Origin: Planctomycetota bacterium
Lineage (GTDB): Bacteria > Planctomycetota > PLA2 > JAEUHO01
Direction: 5' to 3'
Length of the DNA: 64,000 nt
Assembly: GCA_965223505.1 (NCBI GenBank)
Contig: CBDCWP010000038.1
Span: forward strand, 1-64,000
Shown here: positions 53,733 to 63,625 of the stretch, piece by piece
Layout of the letters: the number at the start of each line of letters is the position of its first letter
Numbering within the stretch: position 1 is the first letter of the stretch
Made by a program: the position numbers and the translations under genes
Notes under the pieces: model-generated
The model's input: only the letters and a program-made list of their open reading frames with translations
What the model was told of the DNA's origin: nothing
Database searches by the model: none

Positions 53733-54776
53733 TCAGGCCGGGCCGTTCGGGTCCGGCGGCACCCACTCGTCGGTCTTGCGACGGTAGACGTACACGCTGT
53801 CGCAGTCCGAACACTGGAGTCGCAGTAGGCCGGACTTGTACGTCCCGATCATCACTTCGTGAGTGTCGAGCTTGACCTCGATTCGTCCGTCGCGGATGCG
53901 CCACCTGAAGTCCGCGAGATCACCCTTCGCCGACGGCGCGCGCGGCGGCGGCTCCTCGACGACCGGTTGGGGCGAGCCGCCACACCCTCCGCACGCCGCG
54001 TCCGGCACCTCCGAACCGGTAGGCGGCGCCGGAGCAGCAAGCGGACCGTCGTGCCTGCACTCGCCGTTGTCAAGGAGCGTGATCTGGCGCATGGCGCTGC
54101 TGTTGAAAGCCTTCTGCGCCTGCGTCTCGGGATCCTCAGCGGACGACGCGTAGATCGCGCGCCGCGTCTCGGTTTCGTCGAGCACCCAGATCCCCGCCAG
54201 GTCCGCTTGCGAGATCGTCGGGGCATCGTCGGTGAAGATCAGAATCGCGGCGACGACGGCGGCGAGCACGCCCGTACCCGCAAGGACGAGCTTCTTCGGA
54301 AACGGCGGCGCGGGTGGCGGCGGCGGCGGTGGGAGCGGCTCGACGACGACGCCGGCGGCGTCTTCTTGCGAGGGGTCGGCCGTTCGACGAACCGCTCGCG
54401 CAAGCCGGTCGATGTGCTTCTCGAGATCGCCGTCGAGGGCGTTGAGCCACTGCTTGCGACCCAGGTAGTACGCCAGGCCTTCGGCAGGTTCGACGTCGTC
54501 GATTCGGAACGGAATCACCTTCGACTCGTGCCGCGCCGCCTGGTCGAGCTCTCGCTCGACATGCTGCGACCCATTCGAGAACTTCGAGAACACGAGGACG
54601 AACACCGGCGCGGAGTTGATGCCGCGAACGATCGCCGCCGCAAAGTTCTCGCCCAGTCGCACGTCGCGCGGCGCGATCCAGCACTTCACGTCGCGAGACT
54701 CGAGCCCCGCGCAGATCTGTTCCGCAATCTGCTTGTCCTCGGACCCGTAGCTGATGAACACGTCCCGCTTCGTCAT
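53733..54776 (-). CDS. TIR-domain protein with TM helix and Cys-containing C-terminal domain; may extend to TAG 53727 via UGA recoding
   Basis: DVFISY, CWIAPRD, SQHVERE. Pro-rich linker, TM helix, ACGGCGG and CSDC motifs. Confidence 0.88.
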   Translation of the reverse strand: MTKRDVFISYGSEDKQIAEQICAGLESRDVKCWIAPRDVRLGENFAAAIVRGINSAPVFVLVFSKFSNGSQHVERELDQAARHESKVIPFRIDDVEPAEGLAYYLGRKQWLNALDGDLEKHIDRLARAVRRTADPSQEDAAGVVVEPLPPPPPPPAPPFPKKLVLAGTGVLAAVVAAILIFTDDAPTISQADLAGIWVLDETETRRAIYASSAEDPETQAQKAFNSSAMRQITLLDNGECRHDGPLAAPAPPTGSEVPDAACGGCGGSPQPVVEEPPPRAPSAKGDLADFRWRIRDGRIEVKLDTHEVMIGTYKSGLLRLQCSDCDSVYVYRRKTDEWVPPDPNGPA

Positions 54777-55123
54777 GCCATCTCCAACACGGACACGAAC
54801 TTCGATTGTCTCCGGCGCCGAATCTGTTTTCAACCAGCCCTGTCGAACGGCGCAGTCCTGGGGTCTCAGCTGCGGATCACCACGCACCTAGGCGGAATCG
54901 AGTCCAGTTGCTTTCGCGAATCGCCCTTCGGGCTCGCTACGGCGCGTTCGGCTCGGCCGCTACCGACTCAGCACCGCCGGTCCCCGTATCGACAAGCGGT
55001 ACGACGAACGGTCGCCGACGATGCGTCCCCGCACGTCGGGGTGTCGAAACGATGCCCCCATCTCAACTTGACCATCCTTGTTCGCGTCAACGCGCGCGCC
55101 TACGATTCCTCGCCGGAGGTTGG

Positions 55124-56287
55124 ATGGCGCCGGTGGTTCGATGTGCATTGACGGCACTGTTGATTGGAACGACGCTGCCGCTGACCGCGTGCCACGGTGC
55201 GCGCGTCGTGCACGACCGCACGCCGCCGGCCGTCACCGTCGCGGACGCCGACCCGGACAAACCTGCCCCGCCGTTGAAGTCCGCGTCGCGTCGTTCGAAG
55301 CTCTCGATGTCGAACGCACGACGAGCCCGCTCGACCGGGTGGACGTTCGTCGACACCCCCATCGGACGCGGGTTCTTCACACCGCAAGGTTCGCGCGACG
55401 GCATCGCGTGTACGCCGCTGCACGCGTCCGTCGCGTACCGGCACGAGGAAGTGCTCGACGTCGGGCTCTTCTACAACGTCAATCCGCGCCTCACGGTGGG
55501 ACTCCTCGGGCAGCGCCTGGAACGTCGCCGCAAGGCGCGGGTCGACGGCCAGCTGATCGACCCGACCGACCTGAGCAGCTTCATTCCCGAGGTCACGCTC
55601 GACGAGCGCACGACGTCGCTCTCGTTCGGACCGTTCGCCCAGCTGCTGCTGCGTCGCGAGTGCGGACCGATGCCGGCGATCTACCTCGGCGGCTACGCGC
55701 TCGAGTGGGGCGAGATCACGTCCGCGAGCACGACGATCAGCCGACCGACGCTGGTCCTCGACGCGGCTTCGACCGTCGCGAAGAAGGGGGATCGCGCCGA
55801 TCGGTTCCGGTCCATCTACATCGGTGCCTCGAAACGGGTGCCGGGCTTCCGCCCGAACCGACTCGTGCGCGACATGCGCTTCTACGGCGGCGGCGGCTGG
55901 GGCATGCGCAGCGGGTCGCGGTACACCACCGCCGTCACGGGCAGCGGCGATCCGCGCATCCGGTTCGTGCGCCGCTCGATCACGCGCCACAGCGTCGTGG
56001 GGTGGCTGGGCACGGAAGCGCGGCTGCCGAAGGACTTCTACCTGTACGGCGAGGTCTTCACCGGCGACGAGTGCGACTTCGGATGGGCCGCCGGACTGCG
56101 CTGGCAAAGTCCGTTCGGCGTCAGCTTCAGCATCGGCATCTACGACTGCACGCGACCCATCCAGTCACGCGCGCTGGACCTGGTCTATTTGGAGGGCGGC
56201 GTGGGCTCGCAGCCGTCCCTGGCGACGGGCGGTTCCGGCGGCGCCGGCGGCGGCACGGCCACGCTCGGGCACCTCTGGGGCGACTGA
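55124..56287 (+). CDS. Hypothetical exported protein, possibly an outer-membrane beta-barrel or lipoprotein
   Basis: LTA-C lipobox-like signal. Alternating beta-strand patterns (FYLYGEVF, WAAGLRWQ, FSIGIY). Confidence 0.55.
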   Translation: MAPVVRCALTALLIGTTLPLTACHGARVVHDRTPPAVTVADADPDKPAPPLKSASRRSKLSMSNARRARSTGWTFVDTPIGRGFFTPQGSRDGIACTPLHASVAYRHEEVLDVGLFYNVNPRLTVGLLGQRLERRRKARVDGQLIDPTDLSSFIPEVTLDERTTSLSFGPFAQLLLRRECGPMPAIYLGGYALEWGEITSASTTISRPTLVLDAASTVAKKGDRADRFRSIYIGASKRVPGFRPNRLVRDMRFYGGGGWGMRSGSRYTTAVTGSGDPRIRFVRRSITRHSVVGWLGTEARLPKDFYLYGEVFTGDECDFGWAAGLRWQSPFGVSFSIGIYDCTRPIQSRALDLVYLEGGVGSQPSLATGGSGGAGGGTATLGHLWGD

Positions 56288-56312
56288 CCGACGGGGCGGT
56301 GGGACTCGGACC

Positions 56313-57398
56313 CTACTTCCGACAGAGCACGAAGAGCACGGGGTTCGACCCGCTCACGGAACCGCCGGAGATGATCGCGATGCGTCCGTCGGCGCTGACG
56401 GCGCCGACCATGTCTTCGTTCCCGAACACGCCGCTGCGATCGGCTACGACCGCCCCGTCGGTGCTCACGTTGTAGACGGCCGACCCCATCACCGCCCCCA
56501 GGGTGGTGCCGTCGAAGCGGGTCGCGTCGATCGAGAGCTGGTTGACCCCGTCCGCCGTGATCGTGCCGGTGATGGACTCGAACGGTCCGGTCAGGTCCTT
56601 CTCGATCCCCACGACCCAGTACGAACCGGAGAGCGTCGCGTTGGTTGCCGCGGTCGCGGCGCGCATCAGAAGCAGGATCGCCGGCGGCGTCGAGTTCGCG
56701 TTGCCCCCCGCGAACGCGCCGAAGCCGCCGCCGGTCATCAGACAGCCGTCGTGCAACGCCCCGAACAGGCTGACCGTGGCCAATCCACTCGGCGCCACCG
56801 TGTAGGTGCCGGGAAGCATGCCCCCGTCTTGCAAGCCGTCCTCGTTGATCGCGCCGGTGCCGTCGTACGCGCTCACACCATCGAACGCGACCTTGGTCGA
56901 GTGGAGGCTGCCGGCCGAGCCCTGGTCGAGGTACGCCGTCATGTGGAAGTCGCCCGTGAGCGTCGCGGGCGAGAAAGCCCCGACGGAGCGAATGAGCACG
57001 AGGATGAGGGGCGTGATCGTCGTGCTGGTCGTTGCCAGGATCGCGCAGTTCCCGTCCCCGGAGATGCCGCCTCGCACGACCTCGGTCGCCGCTTGAAACA
57101 CGCGCAGCGTGCCGTCGGGATCGACGGTGTACGTCAACCCTTGCGCGCCCGGAGCGCTCACCATGCCGCCGTCGTTGGCCATGCCGTCCAGCGTGACGTT
57201 GCCGGCGCCGTCGCTGACGGCGGTGCCCCAGGTCGCCGTGCCGCCGCCCGCGCCGCCACTGGGTTCGTACAGCGCGAGCCAGTACGTGCCTGCGAACGAC
57301 GCGACGCCGATCACGCCGCCGTCGCTTCCTCCCCCGCCGCACGAACCGAGGATCAAGGTCAGGCCGACCAGCAACGGTGCGAAACGCGATCGAGTCAT
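56313..57398 (-). CDS. Hypothetical lipoprotein with three internal beta-rich repeats
   Basis: SD AGGAG. LGS-CGGGG lipobox. Repeats of AxLxGxY/F...YTVxxDG. Confidence 0.75.
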   Translation of the reverse strand: MTRSRFAPLLVGLTLILGSCGGGGSDGGVIGVASFAGTYWLALYEPSGGAGGGTATWGTAVSDGAGNVTLDGMANDGGMVSAPGAQGLTYTVDPDGTLRVFQAATEVVRGGISGDGNCAILATTSTTITPLILVLIRSVGAFSPATLTGDFHMTAYLDQGSAGSLHSTKVAFDGVSAYDGTGAINEDGLQDGGMLPGTYTVAPSGLATVSLFGALHDGCLMTGGGFGAFAGGNANSTPPAILLLMRAATAATNATLSGSYWVVGIEKDLTGPFESITGTITADGVNQLSIDATRFDGTTLGAVMGSAVYNVSTDGAVVADRSGVFGNEDMVGAVSADGRIAIISGGSVSGSNPVLFVLCRK

Positions 57399-57559
57399 GC
57401 TTCTCCTCCTTCTCAGGCGGAGAGACTAGCAGATCCCTTGAACCGGTCGCAGCGCGCGATTCGACCATCGCCTCGGACCCGTGCGCGCGCCTTCACGATT
57501 CCCAGGCGGCAATTCCGGCCGTGCCGACCGACTACATGGCAATCCAAAGGAGGGACGCC

Positions 57560-58795
57560 ATGTCGTTCACCGCTCGGTTCGTCGTTCTGGTGCTTGTCGG
57601 GTTCGGACTCGCCGCATGTGGCGGAGGCGGCGGTCCGTCGGTCGCGCCGACGGTCGGACTCGGGCAACCGCCGACACAAATTCTCACGGTGACGAACCAC
57701 GACGACGACGGCCCGGGCTCGCTGCGTCAGGCCGTCGCCGATGCGCCCCCGGGCGCCTGGGTGGTCTTCGATCCGGGTCTCGTCGTGGGCATCGTCCAGC
57801 TCGCGACCCCGATCGAGATCACCAAGATCGTCACGATCGGCGGTCTGACCGGCGCCGGCACGCGCCACAAGATCTCGGGCCAGGCCGCGTCGCAGGTTTT
57901 CATCGTCAACGGCGGGGGGCTGCAGCTGAACGACCTCATCATCGAGGAGGGCTTCTCCTTGACTGCCGGAGGCGCGATCGAAGCGTACGACGCGCCGGTT
58001 GTCTGCTGGCGAACGGCGTTCGTCGCTTGCTTCGCTCAAAACGTGGGCGGCGCGGTGCTCGTGCAGAACGGCTCGCTGAACGTCTACGACTCGGCGTTCA
58101 CAGGCAACATCACGAACGGGGCGGCGGGCGCCGTCGCGATGCTGGAGAGCGACGCACGGATCGAGCGATCTTCCTTCTACATGAACGCAGCAACGCAGGT
58201 CGGCGGCGCCCTGAGGCTCGAAGGCGGGACGACGACCGTCGTCAACTCGTCGTTCCACGAGAACGAGGCCAACGGGCCCGGGGCGGACGGCGGCGCGATC
58301 TCCGTCGCCACCGGACCCGTGTCTTCGCCGGCGTTTCTACGCGCCTTCAACGTGACCGCGACGCAGAACACGGCGACGTCCGAAGGGGGCGGCATCTACG
58401 TGAACGCGCTCGCAAACCCGGCGGAAATCGAGCTTCATCGCTGCATCGTCGCGCTGAACAACGCAGGCAACGACACGGACATCGCGTACGGCGCCGGCAG
58501 CACCGACGCGGCGGGCTCGTACAACTTCGTCGGTGTCGGCGACGGGAAGCTGCTCCACGGCCTGCAGAACAACCAGGTCGGCGACGGCTTCGCGCCCCTC
58601 GACCCCATGATGCTGGCGCCGTTCTCCCTTCCGGATGGACGCATGGTGAGCCTGCCCCTGCCCGCCGGCCCGTGTGTCGACACCGTTCCGGCCGGCCAGA
58701 ACCCGAACCCGGAGGGCTTTCCGATGCTGGTCGATCTGCGTTTCCTGCCGCGCGATCCCGGTCTGCCCTCGGACCTGGGTTGCTGCGAGCTCTAG
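57560..58795 (+). CDS. Lipoprotein with right-handed beta-helix (Pmp-like GGAI / FxxN) repeats
   Basis: SD AAAGGAGG. LAA-CGGGG. VTNHDDDGPGSLRQA, repeated GGA[IV], C-terminal DLGCCEL. Confidence 0.8.
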   Translation: MSFTARFVVLVLVGFGLAACGGGGGPSVAPTVGLGQPPTQILTVTNHDDDGPGSLRQAVADAPPGAWVVFDPGLVVGIVQLATPIEITKIVTIGGLTGAGTRHKISGQAASQVFIVNGGGLQLNDLIIEEGFSLTAGGAIEAYDAPVVCWRTAFVACFAQNVGGAVLVQNGSLNVYDSAFTGNITNGAAGAVAMLESDARIERSSFYMNAATQVGGALRLEGGTTTVVNSSFHENEANGPGADGGAISVATGPVSSPAFLRAFNVTATQNTATSEGGGIYVNALANPAEIELHRCIVALNNAGNDTDIAYGAGSTDAAGSYNFVGVGDGKLLHGLQNNQVGDGFAPLDPMMLAPFSLPDGRMVSLPLPAGPCVDTVPAGQNPNPEGFPMLVDLRFLPRDPGLPSDLGCCEL

Positions 58796-59494
58796 CTACT
58801 TCCCACCCGCCATGAGGGCGGCTGCGACGGCTTCGGCGTCGGCGTGCGAGACGACGTTCGTGAGCGCCTCCGCGAACTCCTGTTGAATCAGCACCGTCGT
58901 CGACGCGACGATCTCCCGGCGATCGATCGTGCCGCCGGCGGCGATCGTCGCCTGGGCCTCGGTCTTCACCTCGTCCCAGATCTGGCGGATCCGGGGTTGG
59001 AAGTCGGTGAACGCCTCGGTGATGCCGCTGCGCTGCTTCTCGTCGAGACCAAGCGCCAGCTTCTTCAGCGCGCGTTCGACGCGTTCGGCGTTCTTCATGA
59101 TGCGGTCGTCGCGCTCGACGGCCTTACGCAGCGTGCGGAAGCGCTGGACGTCTTCCGGCGTGGGCTGCCAGTCCGCCGCCGAGGCGAACGGCGCGACCGT
59201 CTCCTCCGATGGACGCTCACCGGACGAACTCGAGTCCGCCCCCGATTCCGACGACGGCGCTTCCGCCGACTCGAGCGCCTCGATCCGGTCGAGGACGCTC
59301 GCATCGAGCTTCGTCTCGAGCTGCGGGCGCCGGTCGGACTCGAGCGCCGCGAGACGCCGCTCGAGATCGGTCGTGTCGACACTGCCCGTGACGACCGCGT
59401 CCCGCGGCGCCGGCTCGTCCCGCAGCTGGTCGTACACGACGATCGCGCCCGCGGCGGTCGCCACGTTCAACAGCAGGATCGGAAGGATCTTCAT
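58796..59494 (-). CDS. Hypothetical membrane-anchored helical protein
   Basis: N-terminal hydrophobic anchor, coiled coil, normal codon usage. Confidence 0.65.
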   Translation of the reverse strand: MKILPILLLNVATAAGAIVVYDQLRDEPAPRDAVVTGSVDTTDLERRLAALESDRRPQLETKLDASVLDRIEALESAEAPSSESGADSSSSGERPSEETVAPFASAADWQPTPEDVQRFRTLRKAVERDDRIMKNAERVERALKKLALGLDEKQRSGITEAFTDFQPRIRQIWDEVKTEAQATIAAGGTIDRREIVASTTVLIQQEFAEALTNVVSHADAEAVAAALMAGGK

Positions 59495-59625
59495 GGCCGT
59501 CTCCAAGCGTTTCCCTCGAAGAGGGTACCCCCTGGACGCTCGCCGCCCACCCGAGCGGCGGCCGCAGGTGATGGATGCGGTGAAACCCCTCCCGTGCCTA
59601 TGCTGTACCCGTCCTCGGAGGTCCC

Positions 59626-61116
59626 ATGCGCTACCGTTCCGTCCTCGCCCTGACATTCGTGGTGCTGCTCGCGTTCCCCGCGGCCGCCGAAGAACCGGCG
59701 CAGGCGCCCGAGGTCAAGCCCGGCGATCAGATCAGCTGGGTCACGGACCTGACCCAGGCGTTCGCGCGCGCCAAGGCGAAGAAGAAGGTCCTCATGATCT
59801 GCGTCAACGCCAACGAGGTGGACGAAGGACGGATCGAGCCGGCGGCCAAAGGACTGCGCGAGGTCGTCTACAAGGACGTTCGCATCGTCAAGAAGTCGCG
59901 CGAGTTCGTCATGGCGTTCCTCACGCCGCAAGGATCGTCGGCGGACTACGGTGAGCTGCGGGCGCTCGGCATCGAGGGGTTGATCGTCTCGCCGCAGCAC
60001 ATCTTCGTTCATCCCGACGGCAAACCGTTGCTCGGACGACACAAGTACTGGCCGCACGGCAAGGGCGAGAACGCCGTGAGCGCGCTCACCAAGATGATGA
60101 ACGCCGCGCTCGAGAAGTACGCCGAGATGGCCGGCGCGCCGGAACCCGGGGCGCCCGAGAAGCCGGCGGCGCCGGAGCCGGAGCTGCCGCCCGAGGGGCC
60201 GGACGCGGGCGCGATCAACACGAAGGCGCGTCAGGACTGGATCGCATCGACGTTACTCACGGTCAAGACCGGCGCGCCGACGAAGCGCAAGGAAGCCCTG
60301 CAGCTGCTCGTCACGAAGGACAAGGACGGGGACTGCATCGATGCGCTGCTGCTGGCGCTGCCCACATACGAGGAAAAGACCGAAATCCTCGTCGACGCCA
60401 TCCGTGCTTTGGGACGCAACAAGCTGGAGAAGGCCGCGCTGCCGCTTGCCGCGTATCTCAAGCACGACAACCGCGACGTGCGCGGCAACGCCGCCGTGAG
60501 CCTCGAGTACATCGGTTCGCCGGCGGCGCTGCCGGAGCTCAAGAAGCGGTCGGCCAAGGAGAAGGACGAGGACGTCTCGAACCACATGTATCGGGCGATC
60601 GGCCGCTGTGGCGCCGGCGACGGAAAGGTTCGCGCGCTGCTGGTCAAGAAGACGACGAGCGCCAAGAGCGAGAAGATGTCGTACGGCCCGATCATCGGGC
60701 TGGCGTACGCCGGACGCGAGGTCAAGACCGCGCGCGCGGTCGAGAAGCTGTTGAAGAAGGTCGGGCCACCGGCGTTCGGACGCCGGGCCGGACGCAATCT
60801 CGACAACGTCGTGAAGCGTGCGCTCCTGGTCTGGTGCCTCGGGCAGGTCGGCGACGACAAGAGCGCCAAATTCATGAAGGAACGCATGATCAAGCCGATC
60901 GAGAACGCCTCCAGCCGCTTCGTCGAGCCGATCATCCGCGGCTACGAATCCGTGGCGAGCTACTGCCTGGGCGTCGAGGAGGAGAAGGAGGCGGTCGAGG
61001 CCACCATGCAGGGCACCATCGACTTCCTGCGCCGGGACCCGTTCATGGACCCCATGCGCCGCGACCGGGACACAACCGAGTTCAAGCCGCTGGGCGAGTG
61101 GGAAGGCTCCACGTAG
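59626..61116 (+). CDS. Secreted thioredoxin-like fold + HEAT-repeat protein
   Basis: SD GGAGG, signal peptide, ISWVTDLTQAFARAK...VLMI, PQHIFVHPDG, VRGNAAVSLE. Confidence 0.75.
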   Translation: MRYRSVLALTFVVLLAFPAAAEEPAQAPEVKPGDQISWVTDLTQAFARAKAKKKVLMICVNANEVDEGRIEPAAKGLREVVYKDVRIVKKSREFVMAFLTPQGSSADYGELRALGIEGLIVSPQHIFVHPDGKPLLGRHKYWPHGKGENAVSALTKMMNAALEKYAEMAGAPEPGAPEKPAAPEPELPPEGPDAGAINTKARQDWIASTLLTVKTGAPTKRKEALQLLVTKDKDGDCIDALLLALPTYEEKTEILVDAIRALGRNKLEKAALPLAAYLKHDNRDVRGNAAVSLEYIGSPAALPELKKRSAKEKDEDVSNHMYRAIGRCGAGDGKVRALLVKKTTSAKSEKMSYGPIIGLAYAGREVKTARAVEKLLKKVGPPAFGRRAGRNLDNVVKRALLVWCLGQVGDDKSAKFMKERMIKPIENASSRFVEPIIRGYESVASYCLGVEEEKEAVEATMQGTIDFLRRDPFMDPMRRDRDTTEFKPLGEWEGST

Positions 61117-61249
61117 CGCCGCGCAGTAGCAACCCGGTTACCGGTTGGTTGTGAGAACGGCGCTCAGATGGCGGGGCCGGGGAACACGGTCGCCGTGCGT
61201 TCGTCGTACTCTGTAGCGAGTGCGTTCTCGGGCAACGGAGTCGACCGGT

Positions 61250-62827
61250 ATGAGCAGCCGCATTGCATGTCTCGTGAGCCTCGTGGCGCTCACGTTTTCG
61301 GTCACGACCGCGGAAGCGAAGGAGGCCGAGAAGGCCCCCGCCGCCCAGCCGGGCGACCAGATCGTCTGGATCAAGGATCTTCCGAAGGCCTTCGCGCGTG
61401 CGAAGGAGAAGAAGAAGATCCTGATGATCTGCGTCAACGCGAAGCAGGTCGACCAGGGCCGCAACGAGCCGGCGGCCAAGGGCCTGCGCGAGATCGTCTA
61501 CAAGGACGTGCGCATCGTCGGCAAGTCGCGCGAGTTCGTGATGGCGTATCTGACGCCGCAAGGCACGTCGGCCGACTACGGCGAGTTGCGCGCGTTCGGG
61601 ATCGAGGGACTGATTGTCTCGCCGCAGCACATCTTCGTGCACCCGGATGGCGATGAGCTCATCTCGCGGCATGAGTATTGGCCGCACGGCCAGGGCGAGA
61701 ACGCGGTCAAGGCGCTGTTGAAGCTCATGAACGACGCCCAGGCGAAGTACGCCAAGATGACGCCAGAGCGGGGCGGCAAAGCGCCTGCGCCGCCGGACGA
61801 CGACGACCTGGAGATGGAGCCCGAGCCGCCGACGCCGGAACAGGACACGCCCACTGAGTCCGACGCGGCGCTGCGCAAGCAGTGGATCGACGAGCGGCTG
61901 CACAACGTGAAGCTCGGCGCGGCTTCGAAGCGCGTCGAGTCGATCTCGTTGCTGATCGAGCACGACAAGGATGGCGACTGCCTGGGGCCGTTGCTCGCCT
62001 TGCTGACCGAGGTCGAGGACGTACACGTCCTCACCGACCTCGTGCGCGGGCTCGGTGTGAACGAGCTCGACAAGGCCGCGCTGCCGCTGACGAAGTTCCT
62101 CAAGCACAAGGAGAAGGTCATTCGAGCCAACGCCGCGATCAGCCTGGAGCACATCGGCTGTCCCGAGGCCGCGGCGGAGCTGCGTTCGCGCGCGTCGCGC
62201 GAGAAGGACCTGATCGTCCAGCGACACATCTACCGTGCGCTCGGACGCTGCGGAGCGGGCGACGCGAAGGCGCGCGCGACGCTGCTGAAGGCGGCGAAGG
62301 AGACGAAGGACATCCCGCGTTCCTACGGAGCACTGGTGGGGCTCTCGTACTTCAAGGGCGACAAGAAGGCCGCGAGCGGGCTCGAGAAGATCATTCAGCG
62401 GATCGGGCCGCCGTCATGGGGCCGCGGCGGCGGCAGTTGGGAGCGTGGCACGCAGCGCACGCTGGCAATTTGGGCGCTCGCGCACGTCGGTGACGAGAAG
62501 AGCGCCGACTTCCTCAAGGAAAAGCTCATCGCGCCGATCGAGAAACGCGGTGGTCGATGGTCGGGCCGCTTCTTGAGCTTCTTCAACGCCGCCGCGTCGA
62601 TCCTCCTCGGCGACGAAGACGCCCGCGACAACCTCGACAACGGGTTGCGCTACTACCTCGCGCGGGCCCAGGAGGAGCACCCTTGGATGGACCAGGATCG
62701 GCAGGACCGTGACTTCTCGGGATTCACCCCGCACGCGGACTGGGACGTTCCGAAGGAGAGCGGCTTCGGTGGCGGCGGCGGTGGTCCCGGGCCCGGTGGA
62801 GGCGGCGGCGGGAGCGGGAATCGCTAG
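61250..62827 (+). CDS. Secreted thioredoxin-like fold + HEAT-repeat protein (tandem paralogue)
   Basis: N-terminal domain nearly identical to the upstream gene. IRANAAISLE, YRALGRCG. Confidence 0.75.
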   Translation: MSSRIACLVSLVALTFSVTTAEAKEAEKAPAAQPGDQIVWIKDLPKAFARAKEKKKILMICVNAKQVDQGRNEPAAKGLREIVYKDVRIVGKSREFVMAYLTPQGTSADYGELRAFGIEGLIVSPQHIFVHPDGDELISRHEYWPHGQGENAVKALLKLMNDAQAKYAKMTPERGGKAPAPPDDDDLEMEPEPPTPEQDTPTESDAALRKQWIDERLHNVKLGAASKRVESISLLIEHDKDGDCLGPLLALLTEVEDVHVLTDLVRGLGVNELDKAALPLTKFLKHKEKVIRANAAISLEHIGCPEAAAELRSRASREKDLIVQRHIYRALGRCGAGDAKARATLLKAAKETKDIPRSYGALVGLSYFKGDKKAASGLEKIIQRIGPPSWGRGGGSWERGTQRTLAIWALAHVGDEKSADFLKEKLIAPIEKRGGRWSGRFLSFFNAAASILLGDEDARDNLDNGLRYYLARAQEEHPWMDQDRQDRDFSGFTPHADWDVPKESGFGGGGGGPGPGGGGGGSGNR

Positions 62828-63049
62828 CGCCTGTCCGAAGACGCGCCCTGCTGCGGTCGGCGATTCTCTCGCAGCGCAGGTCCCGATATCGGAATGGCGT
62901 CCCGAACCGGCGTAACCCGCGGGACGTTTCGCGCGATGCCCCCATATGGGGCGGGGGCCTCGACGGAAGGGCTACCGGTGCGCCCCGACCGGGCGACGTG
63001 TTCCGAAACGCCGGGTAGGATTCCGGCTCGCCGCACCTCGGGAGAGCCG

Positions 63050-63625
63050 ATGAGCCGCAAGGCAAAGAACCTCGTTTGGATCGACCTGGAGATGACCGGG
63101 CTCGACCACGACCGCTGCTCGATCCTCGAGATCGCAACCATCGTCACCACCGAGGACCTCGAGGTCGTCGCCGAAGGCCCCGACTTCGCGATCCACAACA
63201 CCGAGGCGCAGCTCGAGACGCTCTCCGAATGGAGCCGCGAGCACTTCACGGCCTCGGGACTGCTGGAGCGCTGCGCCGCCTCGGACATCGACCGCGCGCA
63301 GGCCGAAGCCGAGACGTTGGCCTTCGTCAAGAAGCACTGCAAGCGCGAGAAGTCGCCGCTCTGCGGCAACTCCGTCCACACCGACCGCGCGTTTCTCTAC
63401 AACCAGATGCGCCAGCTCCACGACTACCTGCACTACCGCAACGTCGACGTGTCGAGCTGGAAGGAGATGCTGCGCCGCTGGTACCCGCACGCCTATGACC
63501 CGCCTCGCAAGGCAGGCAAGCACGAAGCGCTCGCAGACATCCGCGAGTCGATCGCCGAACTGCGCTACTACCGCGATGCGTTCGTGCGCGCGCCGGACGC
63601 AGCGGCCGATCAGAAGCGCGGATAG
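63050..63625 (+). CDS. orn: Oligoribonuclease
   Basis: LVWIDLEMTGL, PLCGNSV, HYRNVDVSS, HEALADIRESIAELRYYR. Confidence 0.96.
   Translation: MSRKAKNLVWIDLEMTGLDHDRCSILEIATIVTTEDLEVVAEGPDFAIHNTEAQLETLSEWSREHFTASGLLERCAASDIDRAQAEAETLAFVKKHCKREKSPLCGNSVHTDRAFLYNQMRQLHDYLHYRNVDVSSWKEMLRRWYPHAYDPPRKAGKHEALADIRESIAELRYYRDAFVRAPDAAADQKRG

Noticed and set aside
54880..55157. Small RNA (cUUCGg hairpin near 54923) or short ORF 54960-55157 upstream of the TIR gene
   Set aside because: Only a short hairpin and a 65-codon ORF without SD or recognisable family; insufficient support.
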